A DNA stretch of 64,000 nt from Chrysomallon squamiferum (lineage: Eukaryota; Animalia; Mollusca), in NCBI GenBank assembly GCA_012295275.1, contig CM022670.1, forward strand, positions 20,398,001-20,462,000, written 5' to 3'. The notes beneath the pieces were generated by a model that saw only the letters and a program-made list of their open reading frames with translations, had not been told where the DNA came from and did not search any database. The stretch's first letter is position 1. The number at the start of each line of letters is the position of its first letter. Made by a program: the position numbers and the translations under genes. Shown in pieces: positions 1 through 11,974 of this stretch.

Positions 1-147
1 ATGGAAAACAAATAAATAGTCTAAATGTTACTCCATTTCAGTGATTATTATACTACGGTGTTAACATGTAATATACCTCTGTATGGTATGTGAAATATAT
101 ACAAATGTAAACATACATACATACATACATATACACAAATGAACATA

Positions 148-152
<5 letters not shown>

Positions 153-210
<58 letters not shown>
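153..210. repeat. (CA)n microsatellite
   Basis: Pure run, read directly. Confidence 0.95.
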
Positions 211-215
<5 letters not shown>

Positions 216-1032
216 TACAAGCTGTTATATTAAAGGTCATATGTTCATTTTCTTTTTTGTTTCTTTCTCTCAATTCCTTTTTCTTTGCAGCCATTTTATT
301 TATTTAACTCACTTTTCCCCCCATCACTAGTCATTTTACTTTGTAAATTTCACAAGAAAACCAATCAAGATGTTGCATCCCACAGGAAAGATGTGGTTTC
401 ATGCATGCACATCTGTATGTGTTCTTTAACCATCTGCAACAATGTGAATAGAAAACTGACATTTTCTCTTGTCTTGGTAAACTCAGTTTTCTTTACAGAA
501 AAGACATTGTGAAGAATTTTGCACTAAACAGATATATATGTTTAAGACACCTACCTGCATATACATGTGTTTTTGTTTATTAGATATATATAAGTAGTGT
601 CAAGTTACATATAAAAATTAAATTAACTTTGAAAACATGCTTTTAATAATCTGCCATGTCTGTCAGTATATATATGTGTATGTTATTATGTATGTGTTGT
701 AAGAATGTGTGTGTAAGTTTGCATGTGTGTATGTGTTGTGTATGTATGTAGCAGTTTCGGTGTGTATACACTCAGAACCCACCCATCCCCACCTCCAAAC
801 ATCTCCCACAAAAACATATTACCAGAACCTTTATGACCATTTCAGAAATTTCACACCCAAATACTTATATGGTGATGTATATACATATTAACAACATAAG
901 CTATGATATTAGAAATAATGTAATGGAACTTCTCAGTGATTAGGTCACAAGAAATATGTCAAGTCATGTTTAGAGTTTTGAATTATTTCCTTCCAGTAAC
1001 AAAAACCTTCACTAGAATACATATACACTTAC

Positions 1033-1094
1033 AAAACAGATCTTTTATTACTGACCAATATTTCTGTTATAGTCATTGCCTTCTCAGACACCAT
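1033..1094 (-). CDS. Candidate alternative first coding exon: MVSEKAMTITEILVSNKRSV(F/L)
   Basis: ttaATGG start, 20 open codons + 2 nt, GTAAGT donor in phase 2 (the phase of intron 7). Prediction only. Confidence 0.35.
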
Positions 1095-1713
1095 TAATCA
1101 AATATTCTTTTCTTTCTTTTCAGTTTCTTCAGGGACTCTGCTGCTGACAGATCCAGGTCAAAAGTGATTCATATACTTGTATAGCAAAACACACATACAC
1201 ACAAACACAGCACATTTAGACTATATAACAACAGAATATTATGTCCTGCCTTTCGATTTAATTGATTTTAATTTAAGTAAAGCGGTTTTGCTATTATGAG
1301 CAGGATGATGGAATCTCACAGGACTCCACCTATTTCCATTCCTTGTTACTCTATTTAAAGCAGTAAATAACCTCTGACACAAGAGTTTAGTTAATAAATG
1401 TTCCTCTGCTTTCTCAATAATATACATCACAATCAGGACACTTTAATGAAATGAAAATGTCAACTTGTATAACATCTTAAATGTTTAACTGATGGGAAAT
1501 GAATTGGAGTATATTAAGCCAAAAACTTAGCTGATGTAATTCACTGCATAATTAAAACAGAAGATTTAAACTAAAAGTCATCAAATATACTGATTGTTAA
1601 CACAGGATATCTGTTTTTGTGTTTTATTCTTTAATTGTAGTAAAACAATGTAAGTTAAATTTGAGAATAACTTAAAATTTTTGCAGAGGCAAGAAGCAAA
1701 ACTACATCTGTAT

Positions 1714-1750
<37 letters not shown>

Positions 1751-3007
1751 GTCTTATTTATAAACAATGTTAATCATTAGTTCATGTTTGTTTTTATGTA
1801 TTGCCAATGTTTTTTCTGAATGAAACTTTAAAAAAGTGAAAATAATAAATATATATAGTACTTACTTTACTAAATCCATTATTTCACAATACATACACAC
1901 TTAGCAAATGTCAGTTGTGAATCACTGGGAATTTTATATATCTATTAACATTTAATAAGTTGTCAATGGCTAATGAATGCACTGAATTTTCTGTTGAACT
2001 GTCACAGATTTAATAGCTATTACAGACAGAGTGCAAAACATAGAATAAATGAACTCTTTTACAAACACAGATCCTGCAGAAGATGAATGTAGAGGCATTT
2101 ACCAATTATCAGATTTAATGTTGAATAGTATGCATATAAAAATGTCAAAAAAAAAAAAAAAAAAAAAGTAAACATCAATTTGCTCCTGCTTTAATTTAAG
2201 TAACTGTTTAATTGTATAGTGTTAAATTATGTCTGTCCTAAATGTCTCTGAATTCATCTTTATACTTTTAAAATTTGGAAGGGTATTTGAAGAACACAAA
2301 CATAAATACATACACTCACATGCATATATATATATATATAGAAAGATAGAAAAAGAAGGAGAAAAAAAAAGAAAGAAAGAGAAAGATTAAAAAAAAAAAA
2401 AATTGAAAGATAAAAGAAAGACTAAGAGAAATTTTTTTATGGAATCTACAAATAAGTATTCCCTATATAATTCACTCCAACAAGCCTTTAATCTGTCAAG
2501 GATGGAATTGTGAATGGGCTAGTCACGATACAGTGCCAATTTTACAATCAAAACTGATCAGCCAGCTTCAATATCACAAAAAAACAACACACCCTCACAT
2601 CCAACCATTAAAGAGCTGAGATCCAGATATCTGCTTTTATTTGATAATACTGTCAATTTACATACATTACTTCATCTTGTAACCAATGCAGTGGCTGTTT
2701 GCCATCAGTTTACATCTGTATGCTCAGTGCATGTATGGATGCAGCATCTTGCTGATCTCTCCCAATTTACATATATTTTATCAACTGAGCACCTCAAAGC
2801 ACTTTTAGAGTAACTGATAGCCACGACAATCATTTCTGTTTTTGTTGCAGCTTTTTAGTGTGCAAAAAAGTAAATCCATTCTAAAGGGTGTAATCTGCAT
2901 GTGACAATGGAATTATGCCTGTCAGGAATTTTTTTTTTTTGTAGATATGGGAGATGAGAGATGGTGAAAGAATAATCTGTTAAGAATAATATTTTATATT
3001 TGTTATT

Positions 3008-3009
<2 letters not shown>

Positions 3010-3055
<46 letters not shown>
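3010..3055. repeat. (TG)n microsatellite
   Basis: Read directly. Confidence 0.95.
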
Positions 3056-3058
<3 letters not shown>

Positions 3059-4397
3059 TGTATGTGTGTATTTGAGTGTAAGTGTTTGAATGCATTGGTA
3101 AATATGCATGTGTATGTGTGTATGTGTATGTGTAAGTATGTATTTGGGTACATGTGTACATAAGTATGTGTGAGTATATGTACACATCTGTATATTTTTA
3201 TGTGTCTGTATGTTTGTATCAGAGTATAGACACCCCCAGTGAAAATCATATTATAAATATCAGAATAATGTTTTGTAAATATTTGATAAATTCTCTGTGT
3301 TTACTGTGTCTGGACATATTTGAACAAAATCAGACAGGCAGGCAGGCAGGCAGACAGTCATCATAATATAACAAATTATATAAATATATAAAAAAGTCAT
3401 GACTTTTGCTTGGCATTTGATCAGACAGACAGACAAATGGAATAACAGACTATATAAATACAAGCTGGTGAGCATTTTATATCATTATAAGCCAGGATTT
3501 TTGAAATTTAGAAATATAATGACAACTTCAAATAAATAAATAACAATATTATATACATAGACACAAAGATACTCAGAGCAAGTTACTGAGATAAAAAGAA
3601 ACATATAGAGAGAAAGAGAGACAAAAAGAATTAAGAGAGATGGAGGGAGAGAGAGTGAAATGAGTGCAGCAGGAGAGAGAGATAACGTCATATAGATATT
3701 TTGTATTTTAAAGGAAAAATTATAGATCTTACAATTAATTAGGAACTTCTTCAGTTTCTGATTTAATAATCTTGATGGATTAATGTCATATTAATCAATA
3801 TAAATAAAATTAATGAAATACCAGGGAAAATAATTGTAGCGTCTGTTGTAAAATAAACTCAGATTACTCAAGTATACAGATATTTCTCTTTGCTGATTAA
3901 CAAAAAGCAATAAAGGGACAAATGATATCCTGCAGTTTACAGAACCATATATATAATCAGGAGGTTAACTTTTCTTTTAAGATTTATCTAAAGATCTAAA
4001 CAAACAAAAAAAAAAAAAAAAAAAAAAAAGAAATAATAATGAAGATTTTTTTTATGTTAGTTTAATTTATTATTTTGCTATCTGTCAATAAGCAGGTTTC
4101 AAACCTGTACATACAAATGTTTTATTTATAAGCACACTGGCATATATTATCTCTTGGTACAATTATTTACAAATGAAGACAAATGAAGAAAAGAAGAACA
4201 TTGATCCAAAGGTATATTTATCATTTTAGCTAGTTTCCCTGAAGAAACAGAATGCTGGAAATATCATGCTTTCTCAGATTGATTATTATAAAAAAAATAA
4301 TAATAATAAACGTAATAATATTATAAAATAATATAATAATAATAATAATAATGGTGATGATGATGATGACAATGATGATATTGTTAAAGTTAATGAT

Positions 4398-4413
4398 AAT
4401 AATAATAATAATG

Positions 4414-4496
<83 letters not shown>

Positions 4497-4505
4497 TAAT
4501 AAATA
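4398..4505. repeat. (AAT)n microsatellite
   Basis: Read directly. Confidence 0.95.
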
Positions 4506-4580
4506 ATGTTATTCTGAAGAGTATGGAACCAAGGACTGACTACATGTTTATTAATGTCATCCTAAAGTAACATTTCTTAC

Positions 4581-4707
4581 TTTTTGCTCATCCCTGTCAC
4601 TGTGATAGCTGAGCCAGTGTCGCTACCCACATCATCATCAGCAGCTTGCACTGTCTGTGCCAACATAGAGGCAACCTCTGCAGCCTTGGCATCAAGGTCA
4701 TGTGAAT
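4581..4707 (-). CDS. OTOF: Otoferlin-like exon 7 (127 nt): (D)SHDLDAKAAEVASMLAQTVQAADDDVGSDTGSAITVTGMSK(K/N), linker before C2B
   Basis: Acceptor atatttcag|AT, donor AAA|gtaaga; phase 1 to 2; open frame with coding-like composition; weak similarity to otoferlin DLD..A......D.DS....VT. Confidence 0.88.
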
Positions 4708-4839
4708 CTGAAATATTTAATTTAAATCTTTTCATTATTATTTAATAAGTGTCACTTGAAAGAAAAGAAAATTAGTTTTAAAAAAATTATTTCAGAAATT
4801 AGCTAATAGTAACAATTCTATTAATAAAAATGATTGTAC

Positions 4840-4949
4840 CTGAATCATTTCCATCTTCCTCAATCAGCTGTTGTTTATCATCATCAGAATTTCCTTTCTG
4901 CTTCATCATCATGGCCATCTTTACAACAGAGGACAAATTTGTCTTCGAT
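4840..4949 (-). CDS. OTOF: Otoferlin-like exon 6 (110 nt): (P)SKTNLSSVVKMAMMMKQKGNSDDDKQQLIEEDGNDS(D), linker
   Basis: Acceptor aattcacag|A, donor TCAG|gtacaa; open in the phase 2 to 1 frame that joins exons 5 and 7; GC-richer than the flanking intron. Confidence 0.82.
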
Positions 4950-5152
4950 CTGTGAATTACATCAGAACTCTGTTACATGCTGTAACTGTATTATATACTG
5001 TTATCATTTCTAAACATAATTATATTTCTTTATCAATTGTAGCAGTATTTTGCATTGTTATTTTATTTTGAATAAAGTGATCTAGTTCATTCTTTTGACC
5101 CATAATCTTTGCCATTTCAAAATTGCATTTATATTTTCTATTAAAGTGTTTA

Positions 5153-5168
5153 AATAATAATAATAATA

Positions 5169-5231
<63 letters not shown>

Positions 5232-5287
5232 GGAAGGAAGAGAAGAAGAAGAAGAAGACGAAGAAGACAATGAAGAAGAAGAAGAAT
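5153..5287. repeat. Compound (AAT)n-(GAA)n microsatellite
   Basis: Read directly. Confidence 0.95.
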
Positions 5288-5402
5288 TCTTGTTGGAAAA
5301 CAGACGATTTCTCCAATTTGGTTTTATACTTTCAAAGTGATTATCTTCTAAAGATGAAATTTTATTATTATTATTATGATCATTGTTATTATTTAATTAA
5401 CT

Positions 5403-5491
5403 AATTATTATTATTATTATTATTAATATCATTTTCATCATCATCATTATTATTATTTTCAATATAATCCTTATCCTCTTTCTCACTATTA

Positions 5492-5540
<49 letters not shown>
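5403..5540. repeat. Interrupted (ATT)n microsatellite
   Basis: Read directly; opposite orientation to the (AAT)n tracts at 4398 and 5153. Confidence 0.9.
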
Positions 5541-6544
5541 GAAAATCTGCAATCCCTGAAACCTAAGTATATACTTAAAAATGTATATTATTATACTTCG
5601 ATTGGTCTTCACATTCACAACACCTAATTGTAAAAACAAAATTCTCTACAATCAAGATTGAATGCTTTGTTATGCAAATCATTAAATATAGATTTGTGAC
5701 TTGGGTAAGTTAAGGCTGGCTTGCTTATTTGATTATCTCTGATTATCATCCACAGACGTCAGTGAAGCTGTAGTTTGTACATCCCATGTGACTGCATAGC
5801 TACAGCAGAGTTATGAATTAAACTAGGTGAATTCAAGACTTGTCAAATACCCATATTTCACTGAGATCAATACTGTTATGTGACATCACCATTTTGTTTA
5901 TTGCCTACATGAGTTTTTTTTTTTTTTCATAAATATAAGAGATAGAAGCAAATATATAAAAGAAATAGAGCTGGTTTAAAAGCTTCTCGAAATCAGATAA
6001 TTTTAATTGTAGCCCTCTTGAATTAGATCACAACTGGTTATGGAAAATTAATAAGCTCTGTTAGAAATTCAAAAATAAAAGAATAATTGATGAAAGGAAA
6101 GGAATGTATTAAAGTTACCATTATTGCAAATTTCTGATGTTTCTTTGTGCAGTTTTGTTTTCTGCTCAAACATGTACAACATGGTTACTGGTTGACTATA
6201 TTACATAAATGGCATTCCACATATTTTACATATTCTAATTGAAAAACAAATAATACATATGTGTTTATGTGTTTGTGTCTTTAATAAAACTACTCATTTT
6301 GCATTCAGATATTTCATTTTTACAAAATGGACCAGAGAAATTCTTTTCAAAAAAATCCAATATAATTATTTCTCCATCCTCAGATTTCTTTAATCTCATA
6401 TATCAATTGTTGTTTTTTTTATCTGTTTTTTTCTTCTTTTCCATTGATGCTTGTTAAAAAAACCCACAAAAACAACAACAACAACAACAACATCAGACAG
6501 TCATGTATCTGAAATTAAACTTAGAAATAGAAACACCAACTAAC

Positions 6545-6795
6545 GGTCTTGGTGACTTTCCGTGTGATGTTGACGACTTGGAGGTCAAACTCATTCGTGA
6601 TTCTTTAAGTGATCTTGAAGGACTAGACTTCACTGAATCTGTTTCACTGGATTTTTCTATGTTCATTTGGTTGAGTTCCTCGGGAGAGAGTGGTCGTCTC
6701 AGCTCGTCACTCTTCAGCCGCTCAAAGCCACCTTTCTGCCACATGCCGACAGACCCATCAGGAGCGTTGTATGTCAGCTCAAAGGAAACTGTTGT
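6545..6795 (-). CDS. OTOF: Otoferlin-like exon 5 (251 nt): end of C2A (TTVSFELTYNAPDGSVGMW) plus Ser/Lys-rich linker to ...HGKSPR(P)
   Basis: Lies inside ORF 6493..6801; acceptor ttcttgcag|ACA. Donor ACC|gttagt was chosen because it gives the phase 2 needed by the next exon. Y.A.DG.VG.W motif of otoferlin. Confidence 0.9.
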
Positions 6796-7471
6796 CTGCA
6801 AGAATTCGTTGGTAGATATGAAGATTAAAGTGAAGATTTAAATTTAGGCATAAATTTAAAACAAAAATGAAACAGAAAACAAGAAGAAAATGAAACCTAA
6901 TAAATACTCTGTAAAAATGACAAAAAAAAACAAACAAAAACAAAAAAAAAAAAACCAAAAGAAAAACAAAAAGCCAAAAAAACCCAAGAAAATACAAAAT
7001 ACAAAAAAAGACAAAACAAAACAAAAAAGTCACAAACATAAACAGATATACCTTTTCCCAACAAAAAAACAACTCAAACCCTACAAAAATAAAATCGAAT
7101 ACATTTTTTTTTTTCAAAAATGAACATAGCAAAAACTCTAAAAAAATGTTAAAATGGATTGACATTATTCAACATTCAGTTTACAAAAAAACAAATGTAA
7201 ATAAGATTACATATTAAGTGGCAAGTGTCATATACAATTTATAATCTCATCTCCAGACAAAAATTAATGAAGCAGATATTGTTGTTTTTCAGTGACCATG
7301 GAAGCCAGCAGATAACAGACCACATACACTGATATTATCAGCCTTACTGCATCACAAGACAATTTTTTATATTGGTTCATAAAAAATTCATGGTGAATCC
7401 TGTTATGAAATACATAGAGTAATATTTATTAAAAAAACAAAAAAAAAAAAAAAAAAAAAAAAATAAAGGCA

Positions 7472-7502
<31 letters not shown>

Positions 7503-7908
7503 AAAAAAAAAAAAGCATTTATTTCATTAATAAGTTTACATTTTTTTATTCTACGTTAGTAACTCATTTTTTTTCTTAATGACATAGCAACTAGTTGTTT
7601 TTTAATCACAACAGAGACTGAAACTATTTTCATTCTTCATATTACATATTCTTACCGTCTTTGTAATTGTTTTTTTTGCATCTAGTGTAATTACGATTAG
7701 AAAAAAGAAAAAAGAATTATCCTCTGATAACTTTTTTAAATACACCAGTAGAAATATATTCAGATATACCTAATATGAATTCATTTTCATCAAGAGTACT
7801 TTTGACAAAGGTATAGAACAACCTAATTCATGACTTGAACATCATCTTGATAGTTAAGAAATTAATTTCCATACACACTATTAACATTCACTTCAATTTT
7901 AATTTTAC

Positions 7909-8008
7909 CTTCATGACAACATTGTTGGCATCCAGCAAGCAGTCTGAAATCTTCACATTTCCTACTTCAATGAGTTCCTGTAGGATCATCCGAAAAGTCC
8001 CAACCAGT
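7909..8008 (-). CDS. OTOF: Otoferlin-like exon 4 (100 nt): (R)LVGTFRMILQELIEVGNVKISDCLLDANNVVMK
   Basis: Acceptor tttatttatag|A, donor AAG|gtaaaa; phase 2 to 0; matches otoferlin KLIGTFRMVLQ...LIDDNNAIIK. Confidence 0.95.
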
Positions 8009-10109
8009 CTATAAATAAACCAAATTTTTAGATATATACATAACTTTAACAAATTTTAATGAATACAGAGCAATAGTCTTAATCTGAAATGAACTAAAAA
8101 AGAGTTAATAAGCAAGTTGGCAAAAAAAACAACAACAAAAAAACAAAAACAAAAGGGGGGCATATTTGATGTTTCATTGGCCATTTTGAATTAGTCTTGT
8201 TTGGACTGGAACCCATCATCCAAATATCATTAAGGGTTCAAGACATCATTGTAGTGGCTATATCTACAATACTGGAGGTGGCTGTTATAGTAGTAGCAGC
8301 AATGATGATGATGATGGTGGCAGATGAAACAGGAATGATTGCTATAACAATACAATTGACAGTATTTGTGTTAATCAGAAGTAACAGAAGTAGAGAATTG
8401 GGTTATGTTAATTGTTCTTTAGATTAATAATAATAACAGTATTTGTAATGGAAGGAATTATAACGGTAATGTTAGTTACAGAAATAGAGGAATCAATGAT
8501 ATTGTGATGCTGCTAAATACAGACACAAATCTACTCACATTCATCCACCTACATACAAAAATACCCACTAAATCTCACAAGTACACACCCAGTGTACATT
8601 ATGCTATAAAAAAAGATATACCTTCAAAAAATTGAAATTATTATAGTTCAAGTAAACAATAAATAAAATAAGAACAAAAAAAAAACAAAAATAAATAACC
8701 CCCAAAATACCCAAAACAAAATGAAAACAAACGATTTATATTTCACATTTTTTTTTTTTTGAAATAGTATTATACATTATTTTAAAAAATATTTTTTTTC
8801 TTTTTTCTTTAAATATTTATTTTTAAAATGAACAGCTAAACTAATATCAATGTCTGCCAGATATCCAAGGTTATAAAAAGCCTAGAAGAAATAAAAAATA
8901 AATGAATTTTCCCTTGGCTTTTGGCTGCAATTCCATATTATAAGATTATAAGTGACAAGGGATTTGAAACGACTCTCAAAGATATTGCAGTTATAAATAC
9001 TTCAGAAATGTCAAGTTGTAAGACAGTCATATGACAGCCAAATACGGAGTTTAAAAGACAAGCGATTATTAAGAAGAACAAGTTCTGAGTAAAGTTTATT
9101 GAGCATTAGTATACATTGTTTGTGCTGATGTTTCTGACTGCATGGGAGAGGTATGTGTGGGTGTGAGTCTAAATGTGTGTATGTGGTTTTGTGTGTGTAT
9201 GTGTGATATGTTTATATCTTTGTCTATATATGTGTATCCATGTGTATACAGTATGTATATACATTTTGATTTTTAGAAAAAAGATGACATGAATGAATCA
9301 GCTGAAAAGTAAATTTATAATTTCAGTAATAATTATATTAACAATGCCTAGAACAACAACAACAACAACAATAATAATAAAAACAGTAATAATAATAATA
9401 ATAAATAATTATAGTAATTATCATCATCAACATCATCATTACCATTATCACCATCATCATCACCAACATCACCATTCTCATAATAATAATTAAAAATAAA
9501 ATTGAATGAAATAAAATACAAATACAATTAACTAAAATAACTAAAATTATATAAAATACATTTTTTTTTTTTTGCAGGATTAATGTGATCTTATTATCAG
9601 CAATTTATTCCATTTGTCAATTTTTTATGGTTCTTTTAGTTTTTTTTTTTTTTTTTTTTGTTTAATGAATGATTTTTAGCCTGGTAACATTAATGTGATG
9701 AAAAAATGTTCCAACCATAATATTACTTGTCATTTTAAGTTCATTTGGTGCAAATTATTTCTGACAGAAATTTACACAGCAAAAATTGGTACTTAAGAAA
9801 TAAAAACACTTGAACATCAATTCAAAACAAAATTATGGATAATAAATGTTATATCAGTATTCTGTCAAATTTTCATCCTGGACTTTTTACACATTATTTT
9901 TTATTATTTTAACTTCTGGTTGCAGAATAAATGTCAAAATAACTTTTACAAAATTGCTGTGAAAAAAAAAAATAAAAAAAAAAAAAATTCATAAAATATA
10001 ATAAAACAAAAAAGTATAAAAATCACAGATTTCTTGAAAAGTCAATAAAAATATAAAGAAAAAAAAATTTGTCAAGTAAAATATTTTGAAAGCAGTTAGA
10101 ATACTAGTC

Positions 10110-10255
10110 TGATGGGGTTGGGGGATTTCTGTGCACCCAGTGGGTTATATTCTCTTCCAGTAGTGCATTACAACTGATGTTAAAGGCCATAGCTTGGTTA
10201 TCTCCTGTTCTTTGAGAAGTTGCAATAAAAAAATCCTTTGCTGCTAGAATGTTTC
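10110..10255 (+). mobile_element. SINE family A fragment
   Basis: ttccagtagtgc...aaaggccatag...gcaataaaaaaatcctttgctgcta matches the core at 41190-41285. Confidence 0.6.
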
Positions 10256-11974
10256 TTCTTAAGACTCTTTAAAATGAGTTGCGCATAATGTTGCTGTTGA
10301 TTTGAAACAGCCAAACCTTCTTGACAGACAGTGGAAAAAAACAACAAAAAAAACACAATTTTAATTTGCTTCTTGAAGGACAGTATAAATATATATTAAG
10401 TTAAATTAATATTTAATCAAAATGATTAACAGGTTTCAATTTTTGACTGAATTTCAACTTGGAGGTAAAAATATTAATTCAGTTCAGTTTCCTGAATAAT
10501 ATTTAATAACAATAATCATTCAATTACAAGTATCATCAAACAAAGATACTTGTCTTGCAAAAAATTTGGTGTTCAGGCAAAGAATGAAAAAAGGTTAGTG
10601 AGAGGAAGAGAGACAGGAGAGATTTAAGAGAAATGGCAAGATGTAGATGAAATGAGAGGATATAGGGGGAGAAAGAAAGAGAATGGCATCATTAAAAGGG
10701 TTAATAATGACATCATCAAGTAAACAGCCTATGTCTCAGTCAAATACAAACTCAAGGGTTTTTCATCACACTGTTCTGAGATTACAACAAATTGATTTTG
10801 GTGAAAGATAAACACTAATATTTAGTCATGTTTACACTACAAACACGTTAGATTTCTGTGTGGAAGTGATAAGGTCAGAACCATCCTTTGGGAAATAGCC
10901 TCTGTAGTAATTGTATTTGCATCAGTCAGTGAATTTAATTCATCAGATATTGTCTGGATTTGTAACTTGTTTAAAGATGTACTCAATTACAATTAATTAA
11001 AGTATTCAGTCCTAAATGACTTATTAAAATAAAACACTACTGTCATATTAATTTATAATTATTATTATATTAAAGTTAGTTTAATTCTGAACTTCTAAGT
11101 ATTATGTCACTCCAATTAATCTTGCTTTAGACAATTAGAGTGTGTCAGAAATGATACCACGGGCTATGAAAAATGGAAAAATCTCCAATACATTTATGTC
11201 CTTTATATCTGTCTAGAGTATTAGACAATTTGATGACATCATTACGTATAACTGTCATCTCATCAATATCATTTAAGTGAGGGTATGGATGGAGTAACTG
11301 ACATAACAATTCTGCCATAGAAGATAGTTCTTAACTTTCCATTTAATAAAGTTACAGTGTCCATTTTTTTTCAAAACTGTCTCAAAAATCATAGAAAAAC
11401 TCCCATTATGGATAAAAACTGTATTGTCAAGATGCCAATCTCCATTTGCTAGCTCAGTACAGAGAAACTTGTTATATCTTCTACAGAAGTGTTAGGAACT
11501 TGAATGGAATCAGTTTGATCATATTGTTTGAAAGCATGCAAGTTAATTTTTTAATTTTTAATTTATAGGCTTGCCATTTTACTCAAGAATGTATTGTTCT
11601 TATAAAAAAAAAAAGCTGAATTATTAAATTTATTTAAATGTATTTAAAAACATTATTTTTGTTAATGTTTTTTTATTTTATTTTTTTAAATTAAGAACTG
11701 AAATTCTCAGATGACGGGATTTGACTGATAAAAATGCAGTTCCTATGAATAAATAAACAAATTAGCATTTGAGTAAACCTAAGCCTACATAACAAAAAGA
11801 GTATGACATAACTTAATTATGATTGATTAATAAATTATTACCCAGTGGACTTCTATTTTACATTTTGAAAATGACAGGTGAACTGTTATGAAATGTTTCT
11901 GTGTAATCAGTATGGCAGACAGAGTAAAAAATGTTCATACTTAAACTTTTTCACACTGTATGTTTACCAAGTAG

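Noticed and set aside
555-566. ATGTATATGCAG|gtaggt on the minus strand, and a search for otoferlin exon 8 in 1-4580
   Set aside because: Phase 0 does not fit intron 7 (phase 2). I found no exon ending in a D(F/Y)Q-like motif, so exon 8 is taken to lie beyond the window.
1124-1156. Plus-strand exon-like unit (ttttcag ... ccag|gtcaaa)
   Set aside because: Weak donor and no partner exons on the plus strand.
6493-6544. Exon 5 frame continuing as LVGVSISKFNFRYMTV-stop, and alternative donors gttggt / gtgttt
   Set aside because: Read-through into the intron; only the gttagt donor gives the phase 2 required by exon 6.
6503-6841. 112-aa plus-strand ORF
   Set aside because: Antisense shadow of otoferlin exon 5.
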